Shown: positions 29,806 to 44,146 of the stretch, in pieces | Position numbering within the stretch: position 1 is the stretch's first letter | How the letters are laid out: every line of letters begins with the position of its first letter | Assembly: GCA_964016885.1 (NCBI GenBank) | Contig: OZ024755.1 | Span: 17,546,001 to 17,610,000, forward strand | Direction: 5' to 3' | DNA length: 64,000 nt | From: Eledone cirrhosa | Lineage: Eukaryota | Notes under the pieces: model-generated | Told to the model about the DNA's origin: nothing | Databases searched by the model: none | The model's input: only the letters and a program-made list of their open reading frames with translations | Made by a program: the position numbers and the translations under genes

Positions 29806-30210
29806 TTATCGTTTAACATCCATTTTCCATGCTAGCACAGATTAGACAGGTTGTCCTGTTGTGAGACAAGTCATATCAGATGACTGTGTCTTGCTCACAC
29901 AGAACCCTTTCTAGCTTGGTTTTAATAGCTGGATGTCCTTCCTAACACCCAACACATTTACAGTCTGTGAATGTATAAGGCAAAAAGTTAGAGACATTAG
30001 GTGTACATTCTGACTCTTTGCACTTTGTGTGCAAATCCTTTTGGAACTTTCTCTCATACACACTCCCTCTCTCCAGACCTGTGGAGAGGGATGGACTCTG
30101 CCATGTTTAAACTCCCAACACATAACATCTGTGAGGACAATACTTGTGCAACTCCATCAGGAATTCAGGGTCCATGACTGAATTTATAAATATATATATG
30201 TATGTGTGTG

Positions 30211-30345
30211 TTTCATTCGAAGGAAATCATCAGGATTTACTTCGAATGAAACAGTTCCTGTAGAAGCCATTTCTATATTAAATATTTATACTCTATGTAT
30301 TGAGCACCTTAATTACTGTGGTTACCCCCTGATTGAACCCAGGAT
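30211..30345 (+). mobile_element. Family C-related fold-back element
   Basis: Inverted core (tttcattcgaaggaaatcatcagga), then GAAA-cagttcctg-TA and tail atactctatgtattgagcac...tactgtggttacc. Confidence 0.7.
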
Positions 30346-32457
30346 ATATATATATATATATATATCTATGATCGTCGGCATATCACTGATGAGGGACTTA
30401 TTTTATTACATGTTATCCATGTGCAACCTGCAGTATTCTTCTCCCTATTTTTTCACATATATATATATATATATATATGATAAGTACTTATATGTATACA
30501 CCTATGTCGAAGTGAAAAATTTAATATATACACACAGACACATATTTTCATTTTCATTGCAATGATCATAGACATTTTCTATTTAAAATTCACCAACTAA
30601 ATTATCAAACATTGTATTTAAAACAGGAATACTAATAAACTTTCAGCCTATCTACAGTCTTATCACAAATATATATTATACTAAAGAAAGAAACAATACT
30701 GTTGAATTTCCAACCATATATAAATGAACAGTTTTTGTTTTTTACTATAACAATAGCAATTGTGATAACAATATTATATTATTAGTGGCATAGCATACTT
30801 GCCAACAAAAAGTATTTCTGCTTTTTATTATTCTGTTTATAACCAAAAACTTTAAATATAAACCATTTGTTAGCCTAAGTTCTAAAGAGTAATTTATACA
30901 TCATTAATACTATGTAATTTAAAATTCTAAAAATGTCTTCTTTTCAAGCCGAACTTTGGTGTATAATAGTAGCTGAGTACAGTTAATTATGATATATATT
31001 TTGCCATTTGAGTTACAGAACCATACATCTTTCAGCTTCTCTTCTAGCTTGTTCTGCTTTTAATGCATCTGATGAACTTCTCTCATTCCTTCTCTCAAAA
31101 TCTTTTTTTTTTATTCACAAAATTAAGTCTATTCAGCATCACATATATTCAATTAATTATATACTAATTTAAATCTAAACACAAAATCATTCTTCACTTC
31201 CTCTTGAAATTGACAAAGTAAGTTACAGAAATGGTAAGTAATACTACTCTGTGAATTTAATGTGATTGTAATTCTTTAGTGAGTCTTAGATATAAGTGCA
31301 TTTTGTGGAAGAAAAAATATCATTATTTTAATATTAATAATAATAATGATAAAGTGCTTTCTATAACTATATTTTCCAAAATTTTGTAAGTATATCCGCT
31401 TTGAAATATTGAATTTATTAAATTATTTATTTGATTAATATATCTCTTTCTATCAACTAATTTGATTAAGAATTGAATAATATATATTACTGCTATTTTA
31501 CTTTAAGCATTTTAAAATTAAAATTTGGCTCTATTTCATATTTCAGTTACATTTTATAAATTAACAGTAATGGAAAGTTTATCACCTTTTAACGGTGTAA
31601 AAGTTATTAAAAAAGAAAACCCGAGTTTTGATATTTTAAGTTTAGCAATAATTTGCTAGTAAATTATTAAGACTGTTTGATGTGAAACTTAAATAAAAGG
31701 TATTCAGTTCTAATTGAACTAAATGGACATTGAAAAGAAATTTAATAACATGGCTGACATTATACATGCACCTTCATACACTGTAACAAATACTGAACAA
31801 AGCTTCATAACCATGTGACTTCTCTCAGCAAATCAAATTGTCAGAAGTAATTTGAATAGATTGGCCACAAAATTGAATAGAATTAGGTTCACTAGTAATG
31901 GCTGGTCGTATCTTTATTCATCTCGCTATTTATGTAAATACATATTAAAAAGCCTATAAAATGGAATGTTTATATATGTTCATACATGTCTGTATGCAAT
32001 ACAATGATGTTTCTATGAACCACAAAAGTTTATTAAATGAATACTTTAACTATGGATGAAGTCAATAGTCAATAGCATGAAGTTAATGAAAGGTGAATAT
32101 TTTCATTTGACAAGATGTTAGTTAGTTAGTCTGCTGCTTGTTACATTGCTAAATGTAGAGCGTATTCCTGACAGACAGACGAATGAAATGGCGATATTTA
32201 TACAGAGAATAAAACATCATATGATGAATAAATAGCAAATAAAAACCCAGTTGTGGATATGGTAGACAAATAGTTAAACCGTCTGGACTACTTCCCTTAA
32301 CTTTACCTGTGTGTAATAAAAGCAAGTTATTGGCTCAGCGGGGCATTATATAGCTTATGATTGATGGTGATGATCATCATGCTCTTCATTACTATTATTT
32401 TCATCATCATCCATCTTTTCACTCAGATATGTTATGTAATAAATAAATTTGCATATA

Positions 32458-32860
32458 TCTTCTTCTTGTGACGCTAAACTCCGCAAGTTGCAGACTGCGC
32501 ATCAACATGAGATATTTTCTCACCAGCAACAGAGTTTAAAGAGCAAAGATCAAGTCCAGTCCATAGGTTGACATTATCAAGCCATCGTTTTGGCTGCTGG
32601 CCTCTGCTTCTCTTACCAGCCAACCTTCCTTCCAGGCATAACCTACTCACACCACGAGTTGATCTTTTTATACGACCGTATAGTTTGAGTACTCTTCACT
32701 TGACAATTGATGTAATTGGTCTAAGCCTGGTAATGTTGAGCAGCTCACTGATACAGATATAGTCGCTGAGCCACTTGCCAGTCATAAGTCTCATGATGTG
32801 ATTCTGGAATATAGAGAGCTTCTGAAGTGACCTTGTCATCCAATTAACACAGTCAAGACC
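32458..32860 (-). mobile_element. Degenerate RTE-like LINE 3' end
   Basis: Minus frame LKLYGRIKR...LCLEGRLAGKRSRGQQPKRWLDNV with stops. Confidence 0.7.
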
Positions 32861-33254
32861 ATATATCTATTTGTCACTACCTACTTCATTCAGTATGACC
32901 TCAATGTATTGACTACAATCTTCTAGTCTTCTGTGAAAAGGTCTTCCTTGCCTAATAGTCCTTGCCCTTTACCTCATTTTCTTCTCATTCATGGCATTTA
33001 TAGTCCTTTCTAATATTGTTTTCTTTTTCTGCATATTTGACCAATTTATAGTTATATCAAGGAATTCATTCTTAATTCTAACAGCTCTGAGATAACTCAA
33101 ATAAAAAAAAATATTAGAAGTCATTTCTAAATAAAATAATAATGACTATACTTTAAAAAGAAAAAGTTTCACTAAACCATGTCCCATGTCTATACTGCTG
33201 ATACTATTCTATTTCATGCATCTTACACTATTCATAAGAGAGTATTGCTCTTCT

Positions 33255-33480
33255 TTAACACTTTAGCATTTAAACCAGCCATATCCAGCCAGAATTCTCT
33301 CACCTCTTTCTGTTCAAACCGGCCATAACTGGACACCCATACTAATATTAAGGTGTTGTTCTCAAAAAATAAATAATATCAAAATCTCAGATTCAATATT
33401 ATATGAGATATTATGAGGTAAAGCATTTACTATGAAAATATGATCGTAAATATAGAGTAATGTAGATGCTAAAGGGTTAA
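33255..33480. mobile_element. piggyBac-like MITE copy
   Basis: ttaacactttagcattta ... gatgctaaagggttaa. Confidence 0.75.
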
Positions 33481-33982
33481 GCTTATAACAATTACTTTAT
33501 AAATAATATGTTTCCACTTTGCTTTTATTATGTTCACTACAACCTGTTTCAATACACAAGGTAGAGCACTGCTATTCTTCCACATATATTTTCTCAGTTC
33601 TTAACGAAAATTCCCATTGCTTTTCCAGTGTGTATACGTATGTATGTGTATGCACGTGTGTGTATATATATATATAGTAATAATAATAAATGTGAAGACT
33701 AAAATCCAAAGAGGGCTTGAAATATATATTTATACATATATAGAGAGATATATAGATAAATATATATATCATGTATATATATATATCATTTATATAGATA
33801 TATCATGTATATAGATATATATATATATATATCATGTATATATAGATATATATATATCATGTTTATATAAATATAGATATATATATATCATGTATATATA
33901 AATATAGATATATCATGTATATATATAGATATATAGATATATCATGTATATATAGATATATATATATATATATCATGTATAT

Positions 33983-34380
33983 GTAGGAGGTGAGTTTTAT
34001 TGTAGTACAATAAAGCAATGCAGATATCGGGTAAGAAGCACTCTACAGTTTGTAGGACTGGAGTATACATAATATATAAGAACAAAAGATGGTTAAAAGA
34101 GTTCCATGTATTTTATTATGCGCATTTCAAAAACAAATATCATCATGCAATAATATTTGTGTTTTCATCAGATAAAACAGGAAGACATGATATGAAGGTT
34201 AAAAAACACTTGTGGATAGTGCAGTTTTAAATCAACATATGTGTTTTTTAACCTTCATATCATGTCTTCCTGTTTTATCTGATGAAAACACAAATATTAT
34301 TGCATGATGATATTTGTTTTTGAAATGCGCATAATAAAATACATGGAACTATTTTAACCATCTTTTGTTCTTATATATTA
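33983..34380 (-). mobile_element. Hammerhead fold-back element family A, copy 2
   Basis: Same start gtaggaggtgag as 2274. Intact HHR motifs at 34111-34177 (-) and 34273-34339 (+). Flanked by TA-rich repeat. Confidence 0.85.
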
Positions 34381-34386
34381 TATATC

Positions 34387-34440
<54 letters not shown>

Positions 34441-34453
34441 TGTATATATAAAT

Positions 34454-35062
34454 ATGGTGGCTGCCAACTCGTTTTCGAGTACGGCCACTACTTTATATCC
34501 ATGTAGGAGAACCCCTTCCGATGCGCTGAACAAGTGTGACTTTTTAGTCCAGCCAGCGACTTGAAAACTCTGGTACAAAGACTACACTTGTGACCATTAT
34601 TGACACATAGTGCAGGGCCCATGGTACCATGTGATGACAAGTGCAGAGAGATCTCCAGATATAAAGCAATGCCTGTGCTGTGAAGCTTTTATAGTGAGCA
34701 AAGGCACTGCACAAAGCCAGTCCCACTCTCTTAACCAAGATGATATTTACCAAAAAGAAGAACAAGTCAACATCATTGGATACCATCAGGGTTGCAGGTG
34801 TTATATCAGAGTTTTCCTTCTCCTAGAATTCTGCCTTGACAAAGGCTAAGGGGTCATCTTTCCCAGTGATTTTGGATGGCTATTGACTCTTAAGAGCTCC
34901 CTTGCCCTTTGACAGGTTTTGTTTTTAGTCCTGCAGGATGTCCAAAGTCACCCTCCTCACCAAGAAACCTTGGTGGGGGTGCCAGTTTAGTCGCCAACGA
35001 CCCGACCATGAGACAGGTTGTACTGGGATACATGTTACCAGTAGCACCAACTGGTGACCTGA
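34454..35062 (-). mobile_element. Bipartite non-autonomous LINE derivative (RTE-type 5' UTR plus 3' end with C2H2 remnant)
   Basis: About 90% identical to 6760-7165. Contains ctaggagaaggaaaactctga (RTE 5'-UTR-like) and terminal [17 protein letters not shown] finger plus ctcgaaaacgag hairpin; no RT. Confidence 0.7.
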
Positions 35063-35117
35063 CATATATAAATATAGATATATATATATATCATGTATAT
35101 ATAAATATAGATATATC

Positions 35118-35169
<52 letters not shown>

Positions 35170-35173
<4 letters not shown>

Positions 35174-36424
35174 GTCAAAAGGACTTAAAATTAACCTGGC
35201 TAAGACCAAAGTTCTAGTTTGTAGGAAAGAAAACAAGGCGGCGGTCCCTTCTGGGAAATGGTCGTGCTCGGTGTGTAGGAAAGGCGTAGGTAGAAACTCC
35301 ATTTTGTGTCCTAAATGCAAAGTATGGGTGCATAAAAGATGTAGTGGGATCACAGGTAAGCTAACTAAGAACATAGATTTTACATGTGGCCGGTGTTCTG
35401 GTGCAATAAGTAGCAGCAAGTGCCCACACAATACTAGCTCTTTCAATTGCGCAGAGGGTTCTATAGAAATAGTGGACAGCTTCCGTTACCTGGGCGATAA
35501 AATCAGCAGTGGGGGAGGGTGCTCTGAAAGTACTGTAGCTAGAGTCAGAACTGGTTGGAAAAAGTTCAGAGAGCTTATACCACTATTAGCTGCTAAAGGG
35601 TTCTCCCTAAAAATGAAAGGCAGGTTGTACGATGCCTGCATACGAACAGCAATGTTGCATGGCAGTGAGACCTGGGCATTGTGTGCAGAGGATATACGCA
35701 GACTAGAGAGGAACGAAGCTTGCATGCTCCGCTGGATGTGTAACAGTAATATACGTGAACGGCAAAGCATAAACGAACTAAGGAAAAAATTAGAGATAAG
35801 AGGGATCAGATGTTGTTTACTCGAGAGAAGGCTACGTTGGTATGGACACGTGATGCGCATGAAAGTCGATAGCTGTATAACAAAGTGCAGGGCAATAAAG
35901 ATAGACGGTAGCCACGGAATAGGCAGACCTAGAAAAACCTGGGACGAGCTGATAAACTCCGACCTCACACACTTACACCTCTCCAAGACAATGTCACTGG
36001 ACCGAGACCTTTGGCGGTACTCAGTAACAGAGAAGACCCGCCTTGCCAGTAGGCATCTCTAACAAAATACACCCCGTCCCACCACCACCACCCCCACCCC
36101 ATCCACACCACCCCGTCCTACGTAAAGTTATGTTGGTGCCGCGCCATCCGGGCCGAAACAAATGAGATCGTGTAGGTGTCACGACAAAAAAACACACAGT
36201 CCACGCTGTAATGTGGCCGTGTAGGCAACACGGTAAAAACCTCCCAGACCCACACTGTAAATGTGGTTGGTGTTAGGAAGGGCATCCAACTGTAGAAAAC
36301 CTGCCAGACAGTCCTATGCGAGCAAGACAATCACTCTTGCCTCAAGTGGGACTACCCCCGTCCAAACCCATGCAAGCGTGGAACACGGACGTTAAACGTT
36401 GATGATGATGATGATGATGATGAT
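35170..36424 (+). mobile_element. 5'-truncated RTE-clade LINE (RT C-terminus with PHD-like finger, 3' UTR, (GAT)n tail)
   Basis: GLKINLAKTKV, CSVC..CPKC..WVHKRC..CGRC, FRYLG, LHGSETW, RRLRWYGHVMRM, GRPRKTW; open for about 295 codons; ends ggacgttaaacgtt(gat)n. Confidence 0.93.
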
Positions 36425-36553
36425 ATATATATATATCATGTATATATAAATATAGATATATATATATGTGTGTGTATATCATGTGTGTATATAGATCCAT
36501 TTTATTAAGGCTAAATAGTGAGTCTAGTTACTCTGGACTTTCGCCTGTTTATA

Positions 36554-36614
<61 letters not shown>

Positions 36615-36667
36615 ATAAAAATGTATATGTACTCTATATTGTGTATTTTCTCTTATTTTCAATCTAG

Positions 36668-37334
36668 TGGCGACACTGACGGTGAAGACCAAAGTGAGGA
36701 AATAAAGAAAGAAACTGAAGAGAAGAATGAAATTGAGGAAACTGAAAATCAGCTTACCAACAGCAGCAGAGGATCTAAGTCTCCTACACCAGAATCAAAT
36801 GATACATCGATGCGATCAGCTGTTTTGCCTCCCATTACCTGTGTCACACTTTCAAAATTAAGTAAAGACTCATCTTCAGCATTTACACCCGTGCCTTCCT
36901 CAACTAAAACAGCACTACTACCTGCTGGACCAAAGATAATGCAAACACCACCTTCTGCTTCAAGAAAAAAGAAGTCTTCAGGCTCGAAACAGTTATCTAA
37001 CAAAGCTAAAATAGCTGTAAAATTAAAGAGTCCCAGAGTTCTACCGTTGGACACAGTCGATGGCCCAATAAAAAAATCTGCAATAATTCCCATCCATCCA
37101 AGTGTAAGAGATGCAGATGAAGAAACTGTTGAATCGTCAGGAACATGTTGTTCTTCATTCTGTCGTAGAGCAGTTCGAGCAGCTTTGCCATTGCAAATTC
37201 TTTTACTCTTATTACTCGGATTAGCATCTTTGTTACCAATGACACAAGAAGATTACAGTTGTGCTTTATCAAACAATATGCAACGATCCTTAACACCCAT
37301 GCTTCATTACATAGATGGACCACCACCAACTTAA
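36668..37334 (+). CDS. Terminal coding exon of a KASH-domain outer nuclear membrane protein (nesprin/Msp300/Klarsicht family)
   Basis: ORF 36609-37334 ends RRAVRAALPLQILLLLLLGLASLLPMTQEDYSCALSNNMQRSLTPMLHYIDGPPPT*, i.e. a TM helix, the luminal 'EDYSC..SNN..RS..PML.Y..GPPP' and a terminal PPPX, diagnostic of KASH. Polypyrimidine acceptor ttttctcttattttcaatctag ends at 36667, so the exon starts in phase 2. The upstream part is acidic then S/T/P/K-rich. The ORF's ATG lies in the (TA) tract and is not the real start. Confidence 0.93.
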
Positions 37335-37418
37335 AAAAAAAAATAACAAAAAGAACAAGTTGATTTCATAATACACATTTTTCCCCTTATCAATTCTAAT
37401 GCGCTTGCTGCCTTTTCA

Positions 37419-37424
37419 AAATAA
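37419..37424 (+). promoter_or_regulatory. Candidate polyadenylation signal of the KASH gene
   Basis: AATAAA about 85 nt after the TAA stop; AATAAA is common in this AT-rich DNA, so it is tentative. Confidence 0.3.
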
Positions 37425-37597
37425 ATATTCATATTATTTGTTTCAACCACTGCTTCATGTTTAACAAAGTCTTATTGGTCTTAAATATAACAAAAATGAG
37501 CCATTCCATGATAAAAAAATTGATATTTTTGCTTTTATAATCATTATATGTATTGTATGAAATGTTCTTTATATTTCATCATTATAATCATATCATT

Positions 37598-37649
<52 letters not shown>

Positions 37650-38022
37650 TGTGTGTAAGCATAAAGACCACTTTCAGTCACAAATGATTTGCACCAAGAA
37701 AGTCCTCACGCCCCCCCCCCCCCCCCACCTCCCTCTGAGATACAAGTCTGGGCAAGTTTGTTTGTGGAAGACCAGCAGTCAGTCATATACACCAATCTAC
37801 CCTCTCCACACATATCATCATCATCATTTTTATAACTTTTCCATGCTGGCATGGGTTGGATGGGACTTTCTGAGGCAATATTTTACAGATGGATGCTCTT
37901 GTTGACACCAACCCATTTACTGACTTCTTATGACACAGGGATATGGTGTACTTTTTCTAGACCACATATATATATATATATTATATATATATATATTATA
38001 TATATATATATGTATTATTATA

Positions 38023-38160
38023 GAAATGACTTCTGCAGAACTAGAACTGTTTCGTTTGTAAGAAATCATCAGGAAATAGTTCTAGTCCTGTGGAAGAGAT
38101 TTCTATAATAAAATAAAATAAATAGGCTTATACTCTACTAACGCTTTGAGTAAAGAACTG
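38023..38160 (+). mobile_element. Family C-related fold-back element
   Basis: Minus-strand ttc-CTGATGA-tttcttacaaac-GAAA-cagttctagttctg; plus-strand arm and tail atactc...ttgagta, truncated by a MITE. Confidence 0.65.
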
Positions 38161-38390
38161 TTTAGCCCTTTAGCATTTATATTACTGTTTATTTACTATT
38201 GTATTTTCATGGTAAATACTTTATTTCACATAATTATCTCGCATAATATTGAATCTACGAGAGTTTTATGTTATTCAATTTGAGAACAATACCTTAACAT
38301 TAGTATGAGCAGCCGGTTATAGCCAGTTTGAACAGAAAGAGATGAGAGAATTCTCTCCGGATACGGCCAGTTTAAATGCTAAAGGGTTAA
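38161..38390. mobile_element. piggyBac-like MITE copy
   Basis: ttagccctttagcattta ... taaatgctaaagggttaa. Confidence 0.75.
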
Positions 38391-38457
38391 AGCCATTTTC
38401 CCTGAGCTTCTTTTTGTATCAATAATTTATGGGCAGATGCCCTTCCTAAAATGTGCA

Positions 38458-38524
<67 letters not shown>

Positions 38525-38720
38525 ATAATAATTGTTTCTACTTTTGGCACAAGGCCAGAAATTACCCAGTGCATTACTGGTACTTTATTTTATCAACCCC
38601 GTAAGGAGAAAAGGCAAAGTTAACCTCGGCGGGATTTGAACTCAGAATGGCAAGGGCCGTAATTCTATACGTCAAAGCATGGCATCCGACCCTCTACCGA
38701 TACTGCCAAGCCACCGCCCT
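38525..38720 (-). mobile_element. SINE family 1
   Basis: Full-length. Confidence 0.85.
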
Positions 38721-38729
38721 TATATATAT

Positions 38730-38873
38730 AATAATAATAAATGTGAAGTCTAAAATCCAAAGACGGCTCGATAAGGATAAATAGAGCAAATATTTATTAA
38801 AATAAGAGTTTCAGAAGATCCCGTTAAGGGGGAAAGCAGCGATTCTTTGCTTAAACTTTAATCTGTTATTTTA

Positions 38874-38880
<7 letters not shown>
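38730..38880 (-). mobile_element. Family E copy
   Basis: Tail on -, variant HHR on + at 38807-38857. Confidence 0.7.
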
Positions 38881-38917
<37 letters not shown>

Positions 38918-38919
<2 letters not shown>

Positions 38920-39200
38920 AAAGTTATATTTAAATTGTTGGGTTACAACTAGTAAATATTTATAACTGATATAAAAGCACTCAACAAGTATTTGGAGTAT
39001 ATTTACGATATTAAATAAATGGAAACTATATTTATAAAACCATATTTATTTCACTATATATATTTCAGGGATATCTAAAACTGTCTATATTGTATTTTGT
39101 CAGAAGAAGGCATAACATATTGTTAATATGATATCCCTGAAATATATATAGTGAAATAAATATGGTTTTATAAATATAGTTTCCATTTATTTAATATCGT
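38918..39200 (-). mobile_element. Family B element, rearranged fold-back
   Basis: Family B tail and arm on -, followed by an inverted arm with a degenerate core. Confidence 0.7.
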
Positions 39201-39584
39201 ATATATATATATATATTTGTGTGTGTATATTGTTAATTAGAGGCTACAAACATTTGTTAATCATTTTCTCTTTCAACAAATGATTATAGCAATATGTTTT
39301 CTCATTTCTCATTTTTATAATTTCTCAATTCTATAATTTAATGCTACAAAGTGTCTGAAAAGAATCCTCCTCTCCTTACAACAAGCCAATACCTACCTAG
39401 ATTCTTTCTTCTTCTTCACTTACATGTGTTTTCTCTTTGTCTTTTTAGTTTTAGCTTTTAGTCTTATTGTAGTGTTCAAGACTATTAAATCAACCAAATA
39501 ATTGTATTCTTATAAATGCACTAATTATATTTTTATCATTAAATATATGAAACTATATAAAAGTGTATATGATATATATGTATG

Positions 39585-39615
<31 letters not shown>

Positions 39616-39646
39616 ATATATATATATATGTATGTATATATATATA

Positions 39647-39696
<50 letters not shown>

Positions 39697-39768
39697 GGTA
39701 TATATATATGTATGTATATATATATATGTATGTATATATATATATATGTACATACATATATATATATG

Positions 39769-39800
<32 letters not shown>

Positions 39801-39870
39801 CATACATATATATATGATGATGATGATATATATGTATATGTATGTTTAAGATCTCATATATATGTCATCA

Positions 39871-39905
<35 letters not shown>

Positions 39906-39908
<3 letters not shown>

Positions 39909-40095
39909 AACATGTTAGACCCCGTCGGCAGAGCTCAAGTCGTTTTCACAGCTATTTCAGTCCAGAAATAGCCGTCGAAATGGCTTGAGCTCTGCGCTCG
40001 GGGTCTAACATTTTCCTATTACCCACTCTACAACCCTAAGTATTGAGTACTCTGGTGCATTACGGTCCATCTGGTTCCTTACCACACCTCCTTCG

Positions 40096-40098
<3 letters not shown>
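39906..40098 (+). mobile_element. Fold-back element family D, copy
   Basis: gtccagaaatagccgtcGAAAtggcttgagctc..., tail actctacaaccctaagtattgagtactc; flanked by (TA)n on both sides. Confidence 0.78.
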
Positions 40099-40143
<45 letters not shown>

Positions 40144-41454
40144 AAAATACGAATTTCAGTGTAGATGTGATACATATTGCAATGACGATTGTGGCTATGT
40201 CATTGCTCAATAATGTAACTGGTCACACAATCTCATCAGGCAACATCATTATGTAATAAGGTTACATTTCTAAGGCAATCCAATCTAAAGACAAGAGACT
40301 GGACAAAAATTATGTTTTCATAACCAATGTCTTCACCTGGCCCACCTGGAGGCCAGAGGCTGCTCTTGTGTATTGGCGCGGAGTGTAAACAGACGTTAAA
40401 TGATGATGGTGGTGATGGTGGAGGTGAGGATGATGATGAAAACAAAACCTAACTATCTTTTCTATTTGATAAGCAACACAGAAGATGCATAATAATGTAA
40501 AAATGATGTTGTTTGCAGATTGCTGATACAAGCTATGGAGTAAATAAATCCTAAGGTAAACTTGCTTTCATAAACATGGAGTTTTGAATTGACCTAATAA
40601 CAAATAAAGAAAAAGAAACTATCTTTTTTTCATCTTCACCCAATTTTCTTCCTTACAAGGTAAAAATGAGTTACCCAATCAGTGAAATGCTACCATTTGG
40701 CCACATCATACTTATGGAAATTTGGTTATGTAAGAAATAAACAATTTTAGCCAGTTGATAGTTGGAAATTTCTTCATAAATATCAATGGAAGTATCTGCA
40801 AGTATTCACCAATTCCAATCTTTTGTTCAAAATTTAAAAAGTTGTAATAGAGTGTTGTACTTCTCTGGGTGACAAAATTGACATCTACTGGGACCGTTAA
40901 TGTAAGAGATTGCATATATATCTGGAGTTTTATGGATAATAATATTAATAATTATAAATTCAATTGGTCATTTATAGAATATGCAACCCTCTATATTGAT
41001 TTTTCCAGAAGGTAGGATCTTTCTTTCTCAGAGAGGTATAACATCCTTGTACAACTTTTTGTAATGGTGCATTCTTGCAAACACTTTCATTGATAATTAT
41101 TGAAGAATTCCCAATGATCAACTGGCTAAAATCATTTATTTCCTACATAGTGGATTTGTTATACCCTGGGACATAGTCACAAAATGAACAAAGATTGAAT
41201 TATTCATCAACACAAGAATTTCATTAACAATAGTCACCTTCCTTCCATTATTTTATGATTCTAGGAGAATTCATCTAATACAATTCATCTAATACAATTC
41301 AACTAATACAATTCGTCTAACACAATTTGTCTAAAATAATTTATTTGAATTCATATTGTTTTAAATATATTTTCACTAAAAGACTAATATAGTTCTCTAA
41401 AACAATGTTGGTATTATTATTGGTTGTTGTTGTTGTTATTGTAGTAGTAGTAGT

Positions 41455-41660
41455 AGGGCAGTGGATTGGCAGTATTGGTAGAGCATTGGACACCTTGCGT
41501 TGTGGCAGAGAGTTACGTCCCTTTATTTTCTGAGTTCAAATCCTGCTTTCATCTTTATGGGGTTGATAAGATAAAGAACCAGTAATGCACTGGGGTCGAT
41601 TTAATTGACTTTCACCTCCCTTTCAAATTGCTGGCCTTGTGCCTAAAGTAGAAACAGTTA
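41455..41660 (+). mobile_element. SINE family 1
   Basis: Full-length with internal deletion. Confidence 0.8.
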
Positions 41661-41692
41661 ATATGCGATAGCAATTCAAGAGTCCTCTATAC

Positions 41693-41909
41693 CAGACATA
41701 TTAAACATGTGGACCGCGGGCCGTTGCGGACTTTTACAAGCACACCTGTGGCCCACACAAATGTATTTACAGTGCAAGCTCGTTTTATCTTCGTAATATA
41801 AAATAAAAAAATTAGTTGTAATGTGCGCAATTAGTTATCATGTGTGGCCCTCAGACAACACATATGTGACCCATGTAGCCCTCAGGTGACCCTCAGTTTG
41901 ACATGCCTG
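41693..41909. mobile_element. hAT (Charlie-like) MITE
   Basis: cagacatattaaac ... gtttgacatgcctg termini with internal gtggccc/gcgggcc subterminal motifs. Confidence 0.55.
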
Positions 41910-42730
41910 CTCTACACTCTGTTATCTTCAACTATATTTATGCTATTGCTCATAACCTTTCATTTTAGCTAACAATTGATTTTTATGTATATGAACACAG
42001 AATTTTGTTCTTTGTTCTTTCAATTAATCATTAAATATGTGAATTTATACATTAATTAATTCTAAAATATAATAAGCTTTCCTTTTCCTTTTTAGATAAA
42101 ATCTAGATAATATCAACTATATATATTTTATGGTGAAATAAATGAATATACAGAGATAAATTAGTTTAAAATTTAGATGAATTATGTTTTAGTTGATTTG
42201 TTTTTTAGTTGATTTGTGTTTTAGTTGATTTGTGTTAGATAACTTGTGATTTAGATGAAATGTTAGACAAATTCACCCGATACCATATTTTACACACGAT
42301 ACTAAAGACATGAAATTATTTCGTTTTTACATGTGAATAGATAACTGCACCACATTTTCTATATATAATAATTGAACATATGAATACAATGCATTTGCTA
42401 CAATTTTTTTTTTTTTTTTTTTTTGGCAACAAATCAAATCACGATGACTAATCATATTTGGATAAGGTTTTGAATATTTTTACTTTTACAATGTCATGCT
42501 ACTTCTCTTCTGCAGTTGGTCAAAATTCACTGTTAAAATTCAAGAAGCTTCAGCTTCTAATAAAATATACACATTCTACTGTATGTATTGAGTACTTTTT
42601 TCGCTATTTTTAAAGTTGAATAGTTACCAATCCATATATAAATATATATAAAACGGAGGACCTGGTCAACCCTTCAAGTGCCGAAAACGGATGTAAAAAG
42701 GATGATGATGATATATATATAGAGAGAGAG

Positions 42731-42815
42731 GTAGTTCCACAACAGTTAGTTCACCATACCGAGAACAAATGTTTCACCTTATTTGGATCCTCAGCTGAAC
42801 TCCCATTGACTGAGT
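42731..42815 (-). mobile_element. Family J hammerhead-like fragment
   Basis: Minus strand CTGAGGA-tccaaataaggt-GAAA-catttg-TT; second fragment 9160-9205 has palindromic GAAA-caattg-TT. Confidence 0.5.
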
Positions 42816-43026
42816 GTTCTACTACTATGGATATAACCCTCCAGTGTTCTACTATATATATATGGGTTATAGATTCCATACACTGATGGTTTTTCCCTGT
42901 TTGATTGATGGCGCACTATCTATCTCTCTAGTGTGTTATCTTTCCTACATATTGTATTATAAAGAGCTCAGGATTCCTTCTCCTTTGAGCACATTACTGA
43001 CAGGGAATAGCGATGTATTGTGATAA

Positions 43027-43717
<691 letters not shown>

Positions 43718-43721
<4 letters not shown>

Positions 43722-43902
43722 GGTGGATTGGCAGTATCAGTAGAAGGTCGGACGCCATGCTTTGCAGCACAGTTACGTCCCTTTACGGACTGAGTTCAAA
43801 TCCCACCGAGGTTAACTTTACCTTTCATCCTTACGGGGCCGATAAAATAAAGTACCAGTAATGTACTGGGTAATTGCTGGCCTTGTGCCAAAAGTAGAAC
43901 AA
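43718..43902 (+). mobile_element. SINE family 1
   Basis: Full-length. Confidence 0.85.
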
Positions 43903-44000
43903 TATATATATATATTATATATATAGAGCGGACGTAAAATGATGATGATAATGATATATATATATTTATATATATATTTGTATATATATTATATATATTA

Positions 44001-44146
44001 TCATCATCATCATCATCATTTTACGTCCGCTTTTCCCTGCTTGCAAGGGTAGGATGAGTCCTATTCATCATAGCATCTCTGCAATTGTCACGGTCCTTCG
44101 TCATCTTCACCGTGAGCTTCAACGATCTGACGTCCGCTCTCACCAT

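Noticed and set aside
31190-31240. Two gtaagt donor consensus sites
   Set aside because: No convincing upstream acceptor or open coding frame; cannot be supported without transcripts
35486-35986. 166-aa minus-strand ORF (also 36749-37093, 37006-37329, 47762-48136)
   Set aside because: Antisense shadows of the RTE ORF and the KASH exon
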